Below, one piece after another: positions 56,616 through 64,000 of a stretch of DNA of 64,000 nucleotides. The translations under genes were made by a program, and so were the position numbers. The stretch lies in IMG/VR virus record IMGVR_UViG_3300037067_008064, positions 192,001 to 256,000 of that record; one strand, 5' to 3'. Under the pieces are notes generated by a model. That model did no database searches, was not told the DNA's origin, and worked only from the letters and a program-made list of their open reading frames with translations. The number at the start of each line of letters is the position of its first letter. Position 1 is the first letter of the stretch. Origin of the DNA: a virus. Taxonomy: Duplodnaviria > Heunggongvirae > Uroviricota > Caudoviricetes.

Positions 56616-57816
56616 TATTAAATGGGGTTCAATAATACCATTAATTGGTGGATTTCATATTGCTTCAAATAATGTAATTCAAACCGAAGCCGAAATTATT
56701 TTTTCTTATAAACCATTTGAATTTAATGATTCTTTATTATTAAGATATTTAAAACAAAAACCCATTAAAACTCCATACTATTTTATTGAAGATATAAATA
56801 AAAATATAATAAATAAATATTCTAATAAAATAAATATTATATGCGGTGTTCCACCTTGTAGTGGAATTTCGAATGCTGCTAATAGAAAGACTGGAACTCG
56901 TGGAACTGCTGCACCTAATGATTGGATGTACAAATCTGCCAATTTTATATTAGAACATATAATGCCAGATGTATATGTTTTTGAGAATGCCCCGGGTTTA
57001 TATACTAATGCTGGTGAATTAGTTAGAGAAAATTTAATTAATATATCAGCCAAATTTAATTATGGAATAACATTTTACAGAACCAACACAATATTACATG
57101 GAGTGCCACAACACCGCCCACGCACATATGTAATAATGATTAAGAATAAACAAGCACCAATTTTAAATTATTATAATATTAAAGCACCAACATTAACAGA
57201 ATATTTAAAGCAAATACCAAAAACAGCATCTTTACAAAATGAATATTTTAGTGATGAACCTTTTATAGATAAATATGAAATTACACAATTCTTTAAAAAT
57301 GAGTTAGGTGATGACTGGAGAAAGATAATTTTAGATTATAAAGAACATATATGTGTTTATAATTTTATTTCTGAGATGGGTCTTATTAATAAATTTAAGA
57401 ATTATTTAAATGATAACAATGGTAGTGAAGAAGTAAAAAAAGATATTGAACATGTTATTAAAAAAACTTCTGATAATAAAAATTTTAGATTATCAAAGAA
57501 AAACTTTTGCATTGATAAAGATATTGTGTATGCAATAATTGGAGAATCAATGGTTAGAAATATTCATCAACAAGAAAATAGATTATTAAATATTAGAGAA
57601 AACATGTGGCTTATGGGATTACCTCATGACTTTGAACTTTATAATAAAAAGGAATTTGCAAAAATCCCGCAGAATGTACCGGTAGCTACATCACAAGATA
57701 TTATAAAAGAATGTATAGAAATAATTAATGGAAATAGAGAATTTTCAAAAGATAATGTATTAATGCAAAATAATATTAAACATAATGAAGAAGAATTAAA
57801 TATTAAATTATTTTAA
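56608..57816 (+). CDS. C5-cytosine DNA methyltransferase-like protein with atypical SAM-binding motifs
   Basis: GVPPCSG (IV), FENAPG (VI), GVPQHRPR (VIII), RLLNIRE (IX). Motif I reads IPLIGG and motif X reads PQNVPV. Confidence 0.85.
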   Translation: MNNIKWGSIIPLIGGFHIASNNVIQTEAEIIFSYKPFEFNDSLLLRYLKQKPIKTPYYFIEDINKNIINKYSNKINIICGVPPCSGISNAANRKTGTRGTAAPNDWMYKSANFILEHIMPDVYVFENAPGLYTNAGELVRENLINISAKFNYGITFYRTNTILHGVPQHRPRTYVIMIKNKQAPILNYYNIKAPTLTEYLKQIPKTASLQNEYFSDEPFIDKYEITQFFKNELGDDWRKIILDYKEHICVYNFISEMGLINKFKNYLNDNNGSEEVKKDIEHVIKKTSDNKNFRLSKKNFCIDKDIVYAIIGESMVRNIHQQENRLLNIRENMWLMGLPHDFELYNKKEFAKIPQNVPVATSQDIIKECIEIINGNREFSKDNVLMQNNIKHNEEELNIKLF

Positions 57817-57843
57817 AACCAAGAAAATCAACTAACATATAAT
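57814..57843 (+). promoter_or_regulatory. Second promoter class, TAAAACC-N16-ATATAAT
   Basis: Near-identical architecture and leader at 61079-61108. Confidence 0.5.
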
Positions 57844-57859
57844 TAAAAAATAAAATATT

Positions 57860-58078
57860 ATGGAAATAAAACATTTAGAAACAAAAGACATAGAATTTTT
57901 ATCTGATATTACAATTGATGAAGAAATAGTTTATTATTCATCCCCATTACAAACATATTTAGATGCAACCCACACTCAATATTCTTTTTGGCAGCATAAA
58001 GAACCGGGTAATAGACAATTTCTTTTTACATTAGATAAGAATATGTTTAATAAAATTTTTAAAATAAATGAAAAATAA
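57860..58078 (+). CDS. Hypothetical protein
   Basis: 72-aa ORF after a promoter-like motif. Confidence 0.6.
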   Translation: MEIKHLETKDIEFLSDITIDEEIVYYSSPLQTYLDATHTQYSFWQHKEPGNRQFLFTLDKNMFNKIFKINEK

Positions 58079-58084
58079 AATAGC

Positions 58085-58297
58085 ATGGAAGAACTAAAAT
58101 TAAAAGATTGTTTTTGTATAAAAGATTATATTCGTGAACACTTTGGAAAATTATTTGAAAAAAATCAAAGTTATAAATATGAAGTAATTAATGAAGATTC
58201 TCATTATTATTATATAGTATATGATAATAATTCTGAACTTTCTAAGTGTGTTTACAATAAAAATAAATTTAATGAATATTTTAAAATAATTGCATAA
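58085..58297 (+). CDS. Hypothetical protein
   Basis: 70-aa ORF, packed with neighbours. Confidence 0.6.
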   Translation: MEELKLKDCFCIKDYIREHFGKLFEKNQSYKYEVINEDSHYYYIVYDNNSELSKCVYNKNKFNEYFKIIA

Positions 58298-58565
58298 TAT
58301 GAAACACCAAAAATTATACCTCGCAATGTATGTTAACGTGGGGAATTTACCAGTTAAAGAAATTAATGAAAGAATGAAAGCTATGGCTGAACATTTTAAA
58401 TCACCGACAGATGAATATATTATGTTCATTATACCAGTAAGAGACCAAGCTTCTAAAATAGAGTGTCTTAACCCAGCTAAAGTTTCTAACGATGAATATA
58501 AATTAATAGAAACTAAGATGGAAGAATTTAATAAAAAATTAAATGACTTTTTAAATACAAAATAA
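58290..58565 (+). CDS. Hypothetical protein
   Basis: YVNVGNL...FIIPVR...KIECLNP; ORF packing. Confidence 0.65.
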   Translation: MHNMKHQKLYLAMYVNVGNLPVKEINERMKAMAEHFKSPTDEYIMFIIPVRDQASKIECLNPAKVSNDEYKLIETKMEEFNKKLNDFLNTK

Positions 58566-58600
58566 TGTTGTCACTTTGGTAAACATGTCATAATTTTTAT

Positions 58601-58615
58601 GAATATATAAATAAA
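58601..58615 (+). promoter_or_regulatory. Putative late-type promoter GAATATATAAATAAA
   Basis: Recurrent motif just upstream of the endonuclease ATG. Confidence 0.65.
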
Positions 58616-58621
58616 ACAATT

Positions 58622-59326
58622 ATGATATCAGGAGTTATTTATTGTGCTACATCTCCTTCTAATAAAAAATATTATGGATATAGTTTAAATTTTAAAGGTC
58701 GAAAAGCTGGTCATATTAAAGATGCTAAAAATGGAAAATCTAATTATTTTTATAAAGCAATTAGAAAATATGGTGCTGAAAATTTTGATTGGAAAATTAT
58801 TGAAGAGTATAATAAAGAAAATAAATTAGAACTTAAAAAAATTTTATGTGAACGAGAAATTTATTGGATAGGAATTGATAAAACATATATATCAAAATTT
58901 GGTTATAATATGACTAAGGGTGGTGATGGAAGAGTTGGTATTCCACATACAAAAGAAACAAAAGAAAAAATAAGTAAATCTACTAAAGGAAGAATTCATT
59001 CACAAGAAACTAAATTAAAAATGAGTGAATCAGCTAAAGGAAAAATAATATCTGATGAACAACGTAAAAGTATTAGTAAAACTTTAACAGGATTAAAACA
59101 ATCACAAGAAACTATTGAAAAAAGAAGAATAAAATTAAAAGGAATTTATCATTATTGGAATGTCGGAAAATCACCACCAAATAAAGGTGTTCCTATGTCA
59201 GATGAAACTAAAAGAAAAATTTCAGAAAAATGCAAAGGTTTTAAACATCCTAAAGATGAAAATTATAGAAAAAAAATAAGTGAAGGACTAAAAAAATATC
59301 ATCAAAATAAAAATAAAAATGAATAA
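58622..59326 (+). CDS. GIY-YIG homing endonuclease with NUMOD3 repeats
   Basis: GVIYCATSPSNKKYYG...R...H...AIRKYG...EREIYWI...GYNMTKGG; H(T/S).ETK.K(I/M)S repeats. Confidence 0.9.
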   Translation: MISGVIYCATSPSNKKYYGYSLNFKGRKAGHIKDAKNGKSNYFYKAIRKYGAENFDWKIIEEYNKENKLELKKILCEREIYWIGIDKTYISKFGYNMTKGGDGRVGIPHTKETKEKISKSTKGRIHSQETKLKMSESAKGKIISDEQRKSISKTLTGLKQSQETIEKRRIKLKGIYHYWNVGKSPPNKGVPMSDETKRKISEKCKGFKHPKDENYRKKISEGLKKYHQNKNKNE

Positions 59327-59912
59327 AGTAATAATTATATGTGGGTCTGATCAATTAGGGAAAGGGACATTAATAAAAGGTATTTGTGAATATTATAAAT
59401 ATCACAATGTAACAATAAGACATTGTGATAAACCACCAAAAAATCTTTCAAATAAAGAAACTATTGATTTTCAATGGAATTGTTTTAATGAAGAAGCTAA
59501 ATTAATATCTTATATATTTTCAAATGATACCTTAAAATCTTATCATGATAATATTATCATTTTTGATAGATTTTATTTGGGGGAATTTGTTTACTCTACA
59601 ATGTTTCGTGGTGGCAATAAAGATTTTTTAGCAAATCAAGTAAAATTATTTGAGGATTATAAATTTAAAAAAATAGATATTCATTTAATTTTATTAACTG
59701 GCAATCCAGCGTTTTGTTTAAAACAAGAAGATGGTAATTCATTTTCTCAAAATATGGAAAATAAAATAAAAGAAATAGAACTTTTTGATGAAGTTTTTAA
59801 TGTTACAACTATTAAAAACAAATTAAAATTATGGGTACACCCAATAGATAATCTTGAATTTATTGATAAAGAAATACTTTTAAATACAGTAATTAAATTT
59901 ATAGAACAATGA
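59319..59912 (+). CDS. Deoxynucleoside monophosphate (thymidylate-type) kinase
   Basis: P-loop IIICGSDQLGKGT and IIFDRFYLGEFVY. Confidence 0.85.
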   Translation: MNKVIIICGSDQLGKGTLIKGICEYYKYHNVTIRHCDKPPKNLSNKETIDFQWNCFNEEAKLISYIFSNDTLKSYHDNIIIFDRFYLGEFVYSTMFRGGNKDFLANQVKLFEDYKFKKIDIHLILLTGNPAFCLKQEDGNSFSQNMENKIKEIELFDEVFNVTTIKNKLKLWVHPIDNLEFIDKEILLNTVIKFIEQ

Positions 59913-60214
59913 AACAAAAAGAAAAACGTATTAAAATTGAATTTAATAATGGAGAAATCTATTATTTAGATGCAACAATTGTAGCCAAAGAAAGAGTAGA
60001 TTATTATACCGAAGTATATGGTTATAAAAAAGATTCTCCTGAATGGACAGAAGAATATGAATATTTATTAAACAATGATAATGAACTCTTAGATTGGATA
60101 GAAAACAATATGGATTGGAGTGATATTAAAAATCAAGTTTATAAATTAGGAGATCAAATTCCTTATAATTATGATGATGAATTTTGCAATGCTGAATTAG
60201 ATATAATAGAATGA
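59909..60214 (+). CDS. Hypothetical acidic protein
   Basis: ELLDWIENNMDWSDI; ATGA overlaps on both sides. Confidence 0.7.
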   Translation: MKQKEKRIKIEFNNGEIYYLDATIVAKERVDYYTEVYGYKKDSPEWTEEYEYLLNNDNELLDWIENNMDWSDIKNQVYKLGDQIPYNYDDEFCNAELDIIE

Positions 60215-61095
60215 GAATTTATAGAGATAAATACATAGCACATGCATTTAATAAAGTATTATTTGATTTATATTATAAACCAGATTATACAGTTGAACCA
60301 AGAGGAATGAAGGTAAAAGAAATACTTAATTGTTCTTTGGTTGTTGAAGACCCTATGGTTAATATGTATACAAATACTTATAGATCAGCACCTTTAAAAT
60401 ATATTGCTGCCGAAATTTTATGGTATTTAAGTGGTTCAAATTACCCGGATTTTATAGAAAAATACGCATCAATGTGGTCATCATTAACTAATTTAGACGG
60501 TACAGTTAATTCAGCTTATGGAAATTTAATATTTTACAATAAAAATATACACGGTGTCTCTCAATATCAATGGGTTATTGAATCTTTAAAAAGAGATAAA
60601 GATTCAAGACAAGCGTTTATGCATTTTAATCTTCCTTCACATCAATATTTTGATAATAAAGATCAAGTATGCACATTACAAGCAGTGTTTCATATAAGAA
60701 ATAATAAATTAAATATGACACTCACCATGAGGTCAAATGATGTAATTCGTGGATTTCACACAGATTTTGTTTTTTTTAGCATATTACAATATCATGTTTA
60801 TCTTCATATGAAACAATATTATCCAGAATTAGAAATGGGCTCTTATACTCATATATCTCATTCAATGCATTTATATGAAAAACATTTTGATTTAGTAAAA
60901 AATATGCTAAATGCAGATTTTGACCCAGATAAATTACCATTAATAGATCAATTCTTAATACAAGAAAATGGTAATTATTTAGAAAAATATAATAATGTAT
61001 TTGCTCCTATAGCCGGTCAAGGTGAATGCATTTATCCTAATACGGATAGTACTTTTTTAAACTATCTTATAGAACATATAAAACCAAAAGAATAA
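60211..61095 (+). CDS. Thymidylate-synthase-fold enzyme, dCMP hydroxymethylase/methylase-like
   Basis: EILWYLSG, NSAYG, DSRQA, catalytic KDQVCT, MRSNDVIRGFHTD (Asp where thymidylate synthase has Asn), SMHLYEKH. Confidence 0.8.
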   Translation: MRIYRDKYIAHAFNKVLFDLYYKPDYTVEPRGMKVKEILNCSLVVEDPMVNMYTNTYRSAPLKYIAAEILWYLSGSNYPDFIEKYASMWSSLTNLDGTVNSAYGNLIFYNKNIHGVSQYQWVIESLKRDKDSRQAFMHFNLPSHQYFDNKDQVCTLQAVFHIRNNKLNMTLTMRSNDVIRGFHTDFVFFSILQYHVYLHMKQYYPELEMGSYTHISHSMHLYEKHFDLVKNMLNADFDPDKLPLIDQFLIQENGNYLEKYNNVFAPIAGQGECIYPNTDSTFLNYLIEHIKPKE

Positions 61096-61108
61096 ATTAA
61101 CATATAAT
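61079..61108 (+). promoter_or_regulatory. Second promoter class, TAAAACC-N16-ATATAAT
   Basis: Matches 57814-57843. Confidence 0.5.
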
Positions 61109-61126
61109 TAAAAAAAATAAAATATC

Positions 61127-61801
61127 ATGAAAGAAAATTTAACAGAAATAATTATTGATTTAGATCGTAGTGGTTCTATGGAAGAAGTTAAAAGTGATAC
61201 AATTGGTTCTTATAATCAATTTGTTGATACTCAAAAGCAATTACCGGGAGAAGCAAAATTATCTTTAGTACAATTTGATGATCAATATGAAATTGTATAT
61301 GAAGGTTTAAATATTCAAGATGTTCCTAAGTTAACAGAAAAAACTTTTATTCCAAGAGGTATGACTGCATTAACAGATTCTATTGGTAAAACTATTAAAA
61401 CTGTGGGTGAAAGATTAGCTAATACACCAGAAGAAGAAAGACCGGAAAAAGTTATATTTGTTGTGTTAACGGATGGGCATGAAAATAATTCAAAAGAATA
61501 TACAACTCAACAAGTTGCTGAATTGATTAAACATCAGCAAGAAAAATATTCTTGGGAATTTGTATTCTTAGGGGCAGATCAAAATGCTTGGGATGCTGCA
61601 CACGCATATAGTATTAATACAGCATATTCCTTTGGTAAAGCTCAAATGGGAAACACCATTAGTAAAATGAACTTATATACTGCAAATTATCGTTCAAAAG
61701 GTTCAGTTAATATGGATGAATCTTTTAATAAAAGTGATGAAGAAGTTGCAGAAGATTTAAAAAATATAACAAACGACCCTAATAACACTAATCAATCTTA
61801 A
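61127..61801 (+). CDS. von Willebrand factor A domain protein
   Basis: MIDAS motif DRSGS, GMTALTD, VLTDGHEN. Confidence 0.9.
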   Translation: MKENLTEIIIDLDRSGSMEEVKSDTIGSYNQFVDTQKQLPGEAKLSLVQFDDQYEIVYEGLNIQDVPKLTEKTFIPRGMTALTDSIGKTIKTVGERLANTPEEERPEKVIFVVLTDGHENNSKEYTTQQVAELIKHQQEKYSWEFVFLGADQNAWDAAHAYSINTAYSFGKAQMGNTISKMNLYTANYRSKGSVNMDESFNKSDEEVAEDLKNITNDPNNTNQS

Positions 61802-61805
61802 ACAT

Positions 61806-62189
61806 ATGGGAATTAATTTATTAGATTGGACACATAAGAATGTTCAAATATTAGATATAAGAAAAATAAATAAGTTATATGTATTAAAAATTAAAGATGT
61901 TGATGAATCTTTATTTGTACATGATGAAATATTTGAACAAAGAATTAAATCTTTTTTTCTTAAAGATACAATGTCTCAAATACCAAGAGAAGATATATTA
62001 AAACAAAATTGGAATTTTTATATCACAAAAGGATATTATATAAAGGTTGATCAGTATGGGCATCCTACTAAGTATGACCAAGATTATAATAAATCTTATA
62101 TATCTTACTTAGATATTGCGGGGCCTTTAAGTACATTTTCATCTGTTTATCAAAAAGAAAAACCAATATCAACACAATTAAATAGTTAA
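61806..62189 (+). CDS. Hypothetical protein
   Basis: 127-aa ORF, packed with neighbours. Confidence 0.65.
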   Translation: MGINLLDWTHKNVQILDIRKINKLYVLKIKDVDESLFVHDEIFEQRIKSFFLKDTMSQIPREDILKQNWNFYITKGYYIKVDQYGHPTKYDQDYNKSYISYLDIAGPLSTFSSVYQKEKPISTQLNS

Positions 62190-62191
62190 AC

Positions 62192-62470
62192 ATGGAACAA
62201 AATTTAAACACTTTAATGAGTAACCAAATGAGAGTTACTAAAAAAATGATATTAGATTCACCAACATTTAAATGCGAATGTGGTGGAATGATATTTCAAG
62301 AAGGAATATTTTTTAAAAAAATATCTCCATTAATTTCACCAACAGCTAAAGAAGAAATAGTTCCCATCAATTTAGTATTTTGTACTAAATGTGGTTTGGT
62401 ACCAAGGGAATTAGATAAAGAAAATGAATTACCAGAAGAATTAAAAACAAAAAAACCAATAATACAATAA
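62192..62470 (+). CDS. Small zinc-ribbon protein
   Basis: CEC...CTKC. Confidence 0.7.
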   Translation: MEQNLNTLMSNQMRVTKKMILDSPTFKCECGGMIFQEGIFFKKISPLISPTAKEEIVPINLVFCTKCGLVPRELDKENELPEELKTKKPIIQ

Positions 62471-62475
62471 ATAAA

Positions 62476-62688
62476 ATGATTGAAAAACAGTATTACACCG
62501 TAACAATGAAGTTCCCTTTTGAAGTTGAAGATAAAAAAGGAAACAGTAAAACTAAATACAGAAAAGAAAAATATTTAGTTGAAGCAGTTAATCCAACAGA
62601 CGTTGATGCAAAAATTGCAAAATATGTTGGAGCAGAGGATTATGAAATTGTAACAATAACTCAAGCCAACATTATTGATATAATTTAA
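62476..62688 (+). CDS. DUF4494-like small protein
   Basis: KEKYLVEAVNPTDVDAKI...I..I....I.DI resembles the Bacteroidota DUF4494 N-terminal domain. Confidence 0.6.
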   Translation: MIEKQYYTVTMKFPFEVEDKKGNSKTKYRKEKYLVEAVNPTDVDAKIAKYVGAEDYEIVTITQANIIDII

Positions 62689-62761
62689 TAAGTAAATAAA
62701 ACATCCATATTTTTTTATTGATAAATATAATATAGAATATATTTAAAATAAGAAAATATGG

Positions 62762-63286
62762 ATGAAAAATTTACATAAATATGATATTAAAAAATTTAAC
62801 TTTGTTGAAATTTTTAATAATGCAAATGGAAAAAGCAGTGGTTCTGGATTTATTGGAGTAATTGGTTCTTTATTTTGTATGTTAGTTATTATAACATTAT
62901 TAGTTATAATTATAATAACACTTTATAGTAATTCTCCACATGTACCAATAGTTATTCAAATTCTGCAATCAATCTTATTATATACATTTGCTTTAGCAGG
63001 TTTATATGCAGGTTTATTAGGATTAAGAAAATGGAGAAGTACTGTAACAAAAGATAAAGCTACAATAGGAGACGATGATAATGACTACGATGATAGATAC
63101 GGTGGAGGCTATGGAGGCTATGGAGGATACGGTGGAGGCTATGGAGGCTATGGAGGATACGGTGGAGGCTATGGAGGATACGATGGTGGATATGGTAATT
63201 ACGGAGGCGGGCAAGGTAGACCTTATAATGAACAACAAGGACATAATGAACATGGAAGAGAGTCTTCTGATAATTTAGAAATATAA
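62762..63286 (+). CDS. Two-TM membrane protein (holin-like) with a Gly/Tyr low-complexity tail
   Basis: Two hydrophobic helices, a basic stretch, then DDDND and (GGY)n. Confidence 0.6.
   Translation: MKNLHKYDIKKFNFVEIFNNANGKSSGSGFIGVIGSLFCMLVIITLLVIIIITLYSNSPHVPIVIQILQSILLYTFALAGLYAGLLGLRKWRSTVTKDKATIGDDDNDYDDRYGGGYGGYGGYGGGYGGYGGYGGGYGGYDGGYGNYGGGQGRPYNEQQGHNEHGRESSDNLEI
63096..63176 (+). repeat. 30-bp tandem repeat GATACGGTGGAGGCTATGGAGGCTATGGAG, about 2.7 copies
   Basis: Directly visible; encodes YGGGYGGYGG. Confidence 0.9.
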
Positions 63287-63291
63287 ATAGT

Positions 63292-63621
63292 ATGCCTTTT
63301 AATTATGATTTTTCAAAACTTGAAAGTATTAAAGAAATTAAAGTATCGCCAAGTGGTTGGGTTAATCCTATTATTATAGAATATGGAATTGGTATTTGGT
63401 CTGATTTACAGTCTTTTTATTGGAGGGTAAAAGGAACAACCCATACGTTTACAATACCCGTGGTAAGAATGAATTATATAAGTAAGGGAAATTATGAATT
63501 ACATTTTCAAGAAGTTTTGGAAGCATTCAGAGAAGATTACATTGGATGGTCTGAAGAAAACTTCTACTGTGAATGGATGCAACAATATAGAGATAATTAC
63601 TCCAAATATATCATCCAATAA
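63292..63621 (+). CDS. Hypothetical protein
   Basis: 109-aa ORF. Confidence 0.7.
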   Translation: MPFNYDFSKLESIKEIKVSPSGWVNPIIIEYGIGIWSDLQSFYWRVKGTTHTFTIPVVRMNYISKGNYELHFQEVLEAFREDYIGWSEENFYCEWMQQYRDNYSKYIIQ

Positions 63622-63670
63622 AATTCCTTTAATCAAAAAAGAAATTGAAACAATAAATATTAAAACAAAT

Positions 63671-64000
63671 ATGAATAATGAAACAAAATATTTTCAATGG
63701 TTAACTGGAGACAGAAAAGGTGATATTGTTTTCTTTGATAAAATAATTGAAGAAGATAATAATACTTATATGACATTTAAAGATGGTTCTAGATGCAATG
63801 TTGAATTTATTGTTCCTTTAAATGAAAAGGAAGTTACAGGAAAAGCAATGGCGGAAATTGAACACCCAACAAATTGTTGGACTTTTGAAGAAAAAGAAGT
63901 GGGTGGCCAAGAAGAAAAATGGGCTGAAAATCAAATGGGAGAAACCGTATGTGTTCAACCTTATCGTCCAGGGAAAAAAACAATGGTTCCAATTCCGCCA
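63671..64000 (+). CDS. Hypothetical protein, truncated by the window end
   Basis: ATG 63671 gives MNNETKYFQWLTGDRKG..., open to the end. Confidence 0.7.
   Translation, partial: MNNETKYFQWLTGDRKGDIVFFDKIIEEDNNTYMTFKDGSRCNVEFIVPLNEKEVTGKAMAEIEHPTNCWTFEEKEVGGQEEKWAENQMGETVCVQPYRPGKKTMVPIPP

Noticed and set aside
60211-61095. Canonical thymidylate synthase thyA
   Set aside because: It lacks the LPPCH and PFN signatures and has Asp at the specificity position, so the symbol was withheld.
275-63278. Short antisense or nested ORFs in the track (e.g. 275, 14426, 21085, 23759, 32458, 50143, 56778, 63023, 63075)
   Set aside because: They lie within longer, well-supported genes and show no independent coding features.
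1-64000. Stop-codon reassignment as in Lak or some crAss-like phages
   Set aside because: Multi-kilobase ORFs are uninterrupted in code 11. The TAG at 44293-44295 cannot be rescued by readthrough because a frameshift is needed.
1-64000. tRNA or rRNA genes
   Set aside because: No intergenic gap shows a cloverleaf or the GC content expected; none were recognised.

Overview
A very AT-rich (roughly 25% GC by eye), densely coding 64-kb segment of a large T4-superfamily-like myophage (jumbo phage), read in the standard genetic code. A Bacteroidota host is likely: leaders are A-rich and lack Shine-Dalgarno sites, there is a DUF4494-like gene, and an envelope protein carries host-type D-S/T-T sequons. 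The left 36 kb (minus strand) holds large virion or fibre genes wrapped around a seven-gene glycan-building operon. That operon encodes a TibC/Aah-type protein O-heptosyltransferase, a NodU-type carbamoyltransferase, several glycosyltransferases and sugar O-methyltransferases, and it sits just downstream of a 2320-aa Gly-Thr-Ser repeat fibre. The right part holds TnpB, a ribosomal-protein-S1 homologue, an amidoligase-like gene, neck and baseplate genes, putative internal head proteins, and a DNA-modification block (two methyltransferases, a dNMP kinase and a dCMP-hydroxymethylase-like enzyme). Seven free-standing GIY-YIG endonuclease genes are scattered through the window. The strongest novel signal is a D-x-S(/C) tripeptide that is heavily enriched in a subset of virion proteins and nearly absent from the gp6-like wedge. 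This suggests a phage-encoded virion glycosylation system with its own sequon. A second signal is that wobble-position variants of neighbouring genes' catalytic motifs sit beside two endonuclease promoters, which makes them candidate autorepression operators that reveal homing targets. All family calls come from motif recognition by eye and all counts are approximate hand counts. No database searches were run.
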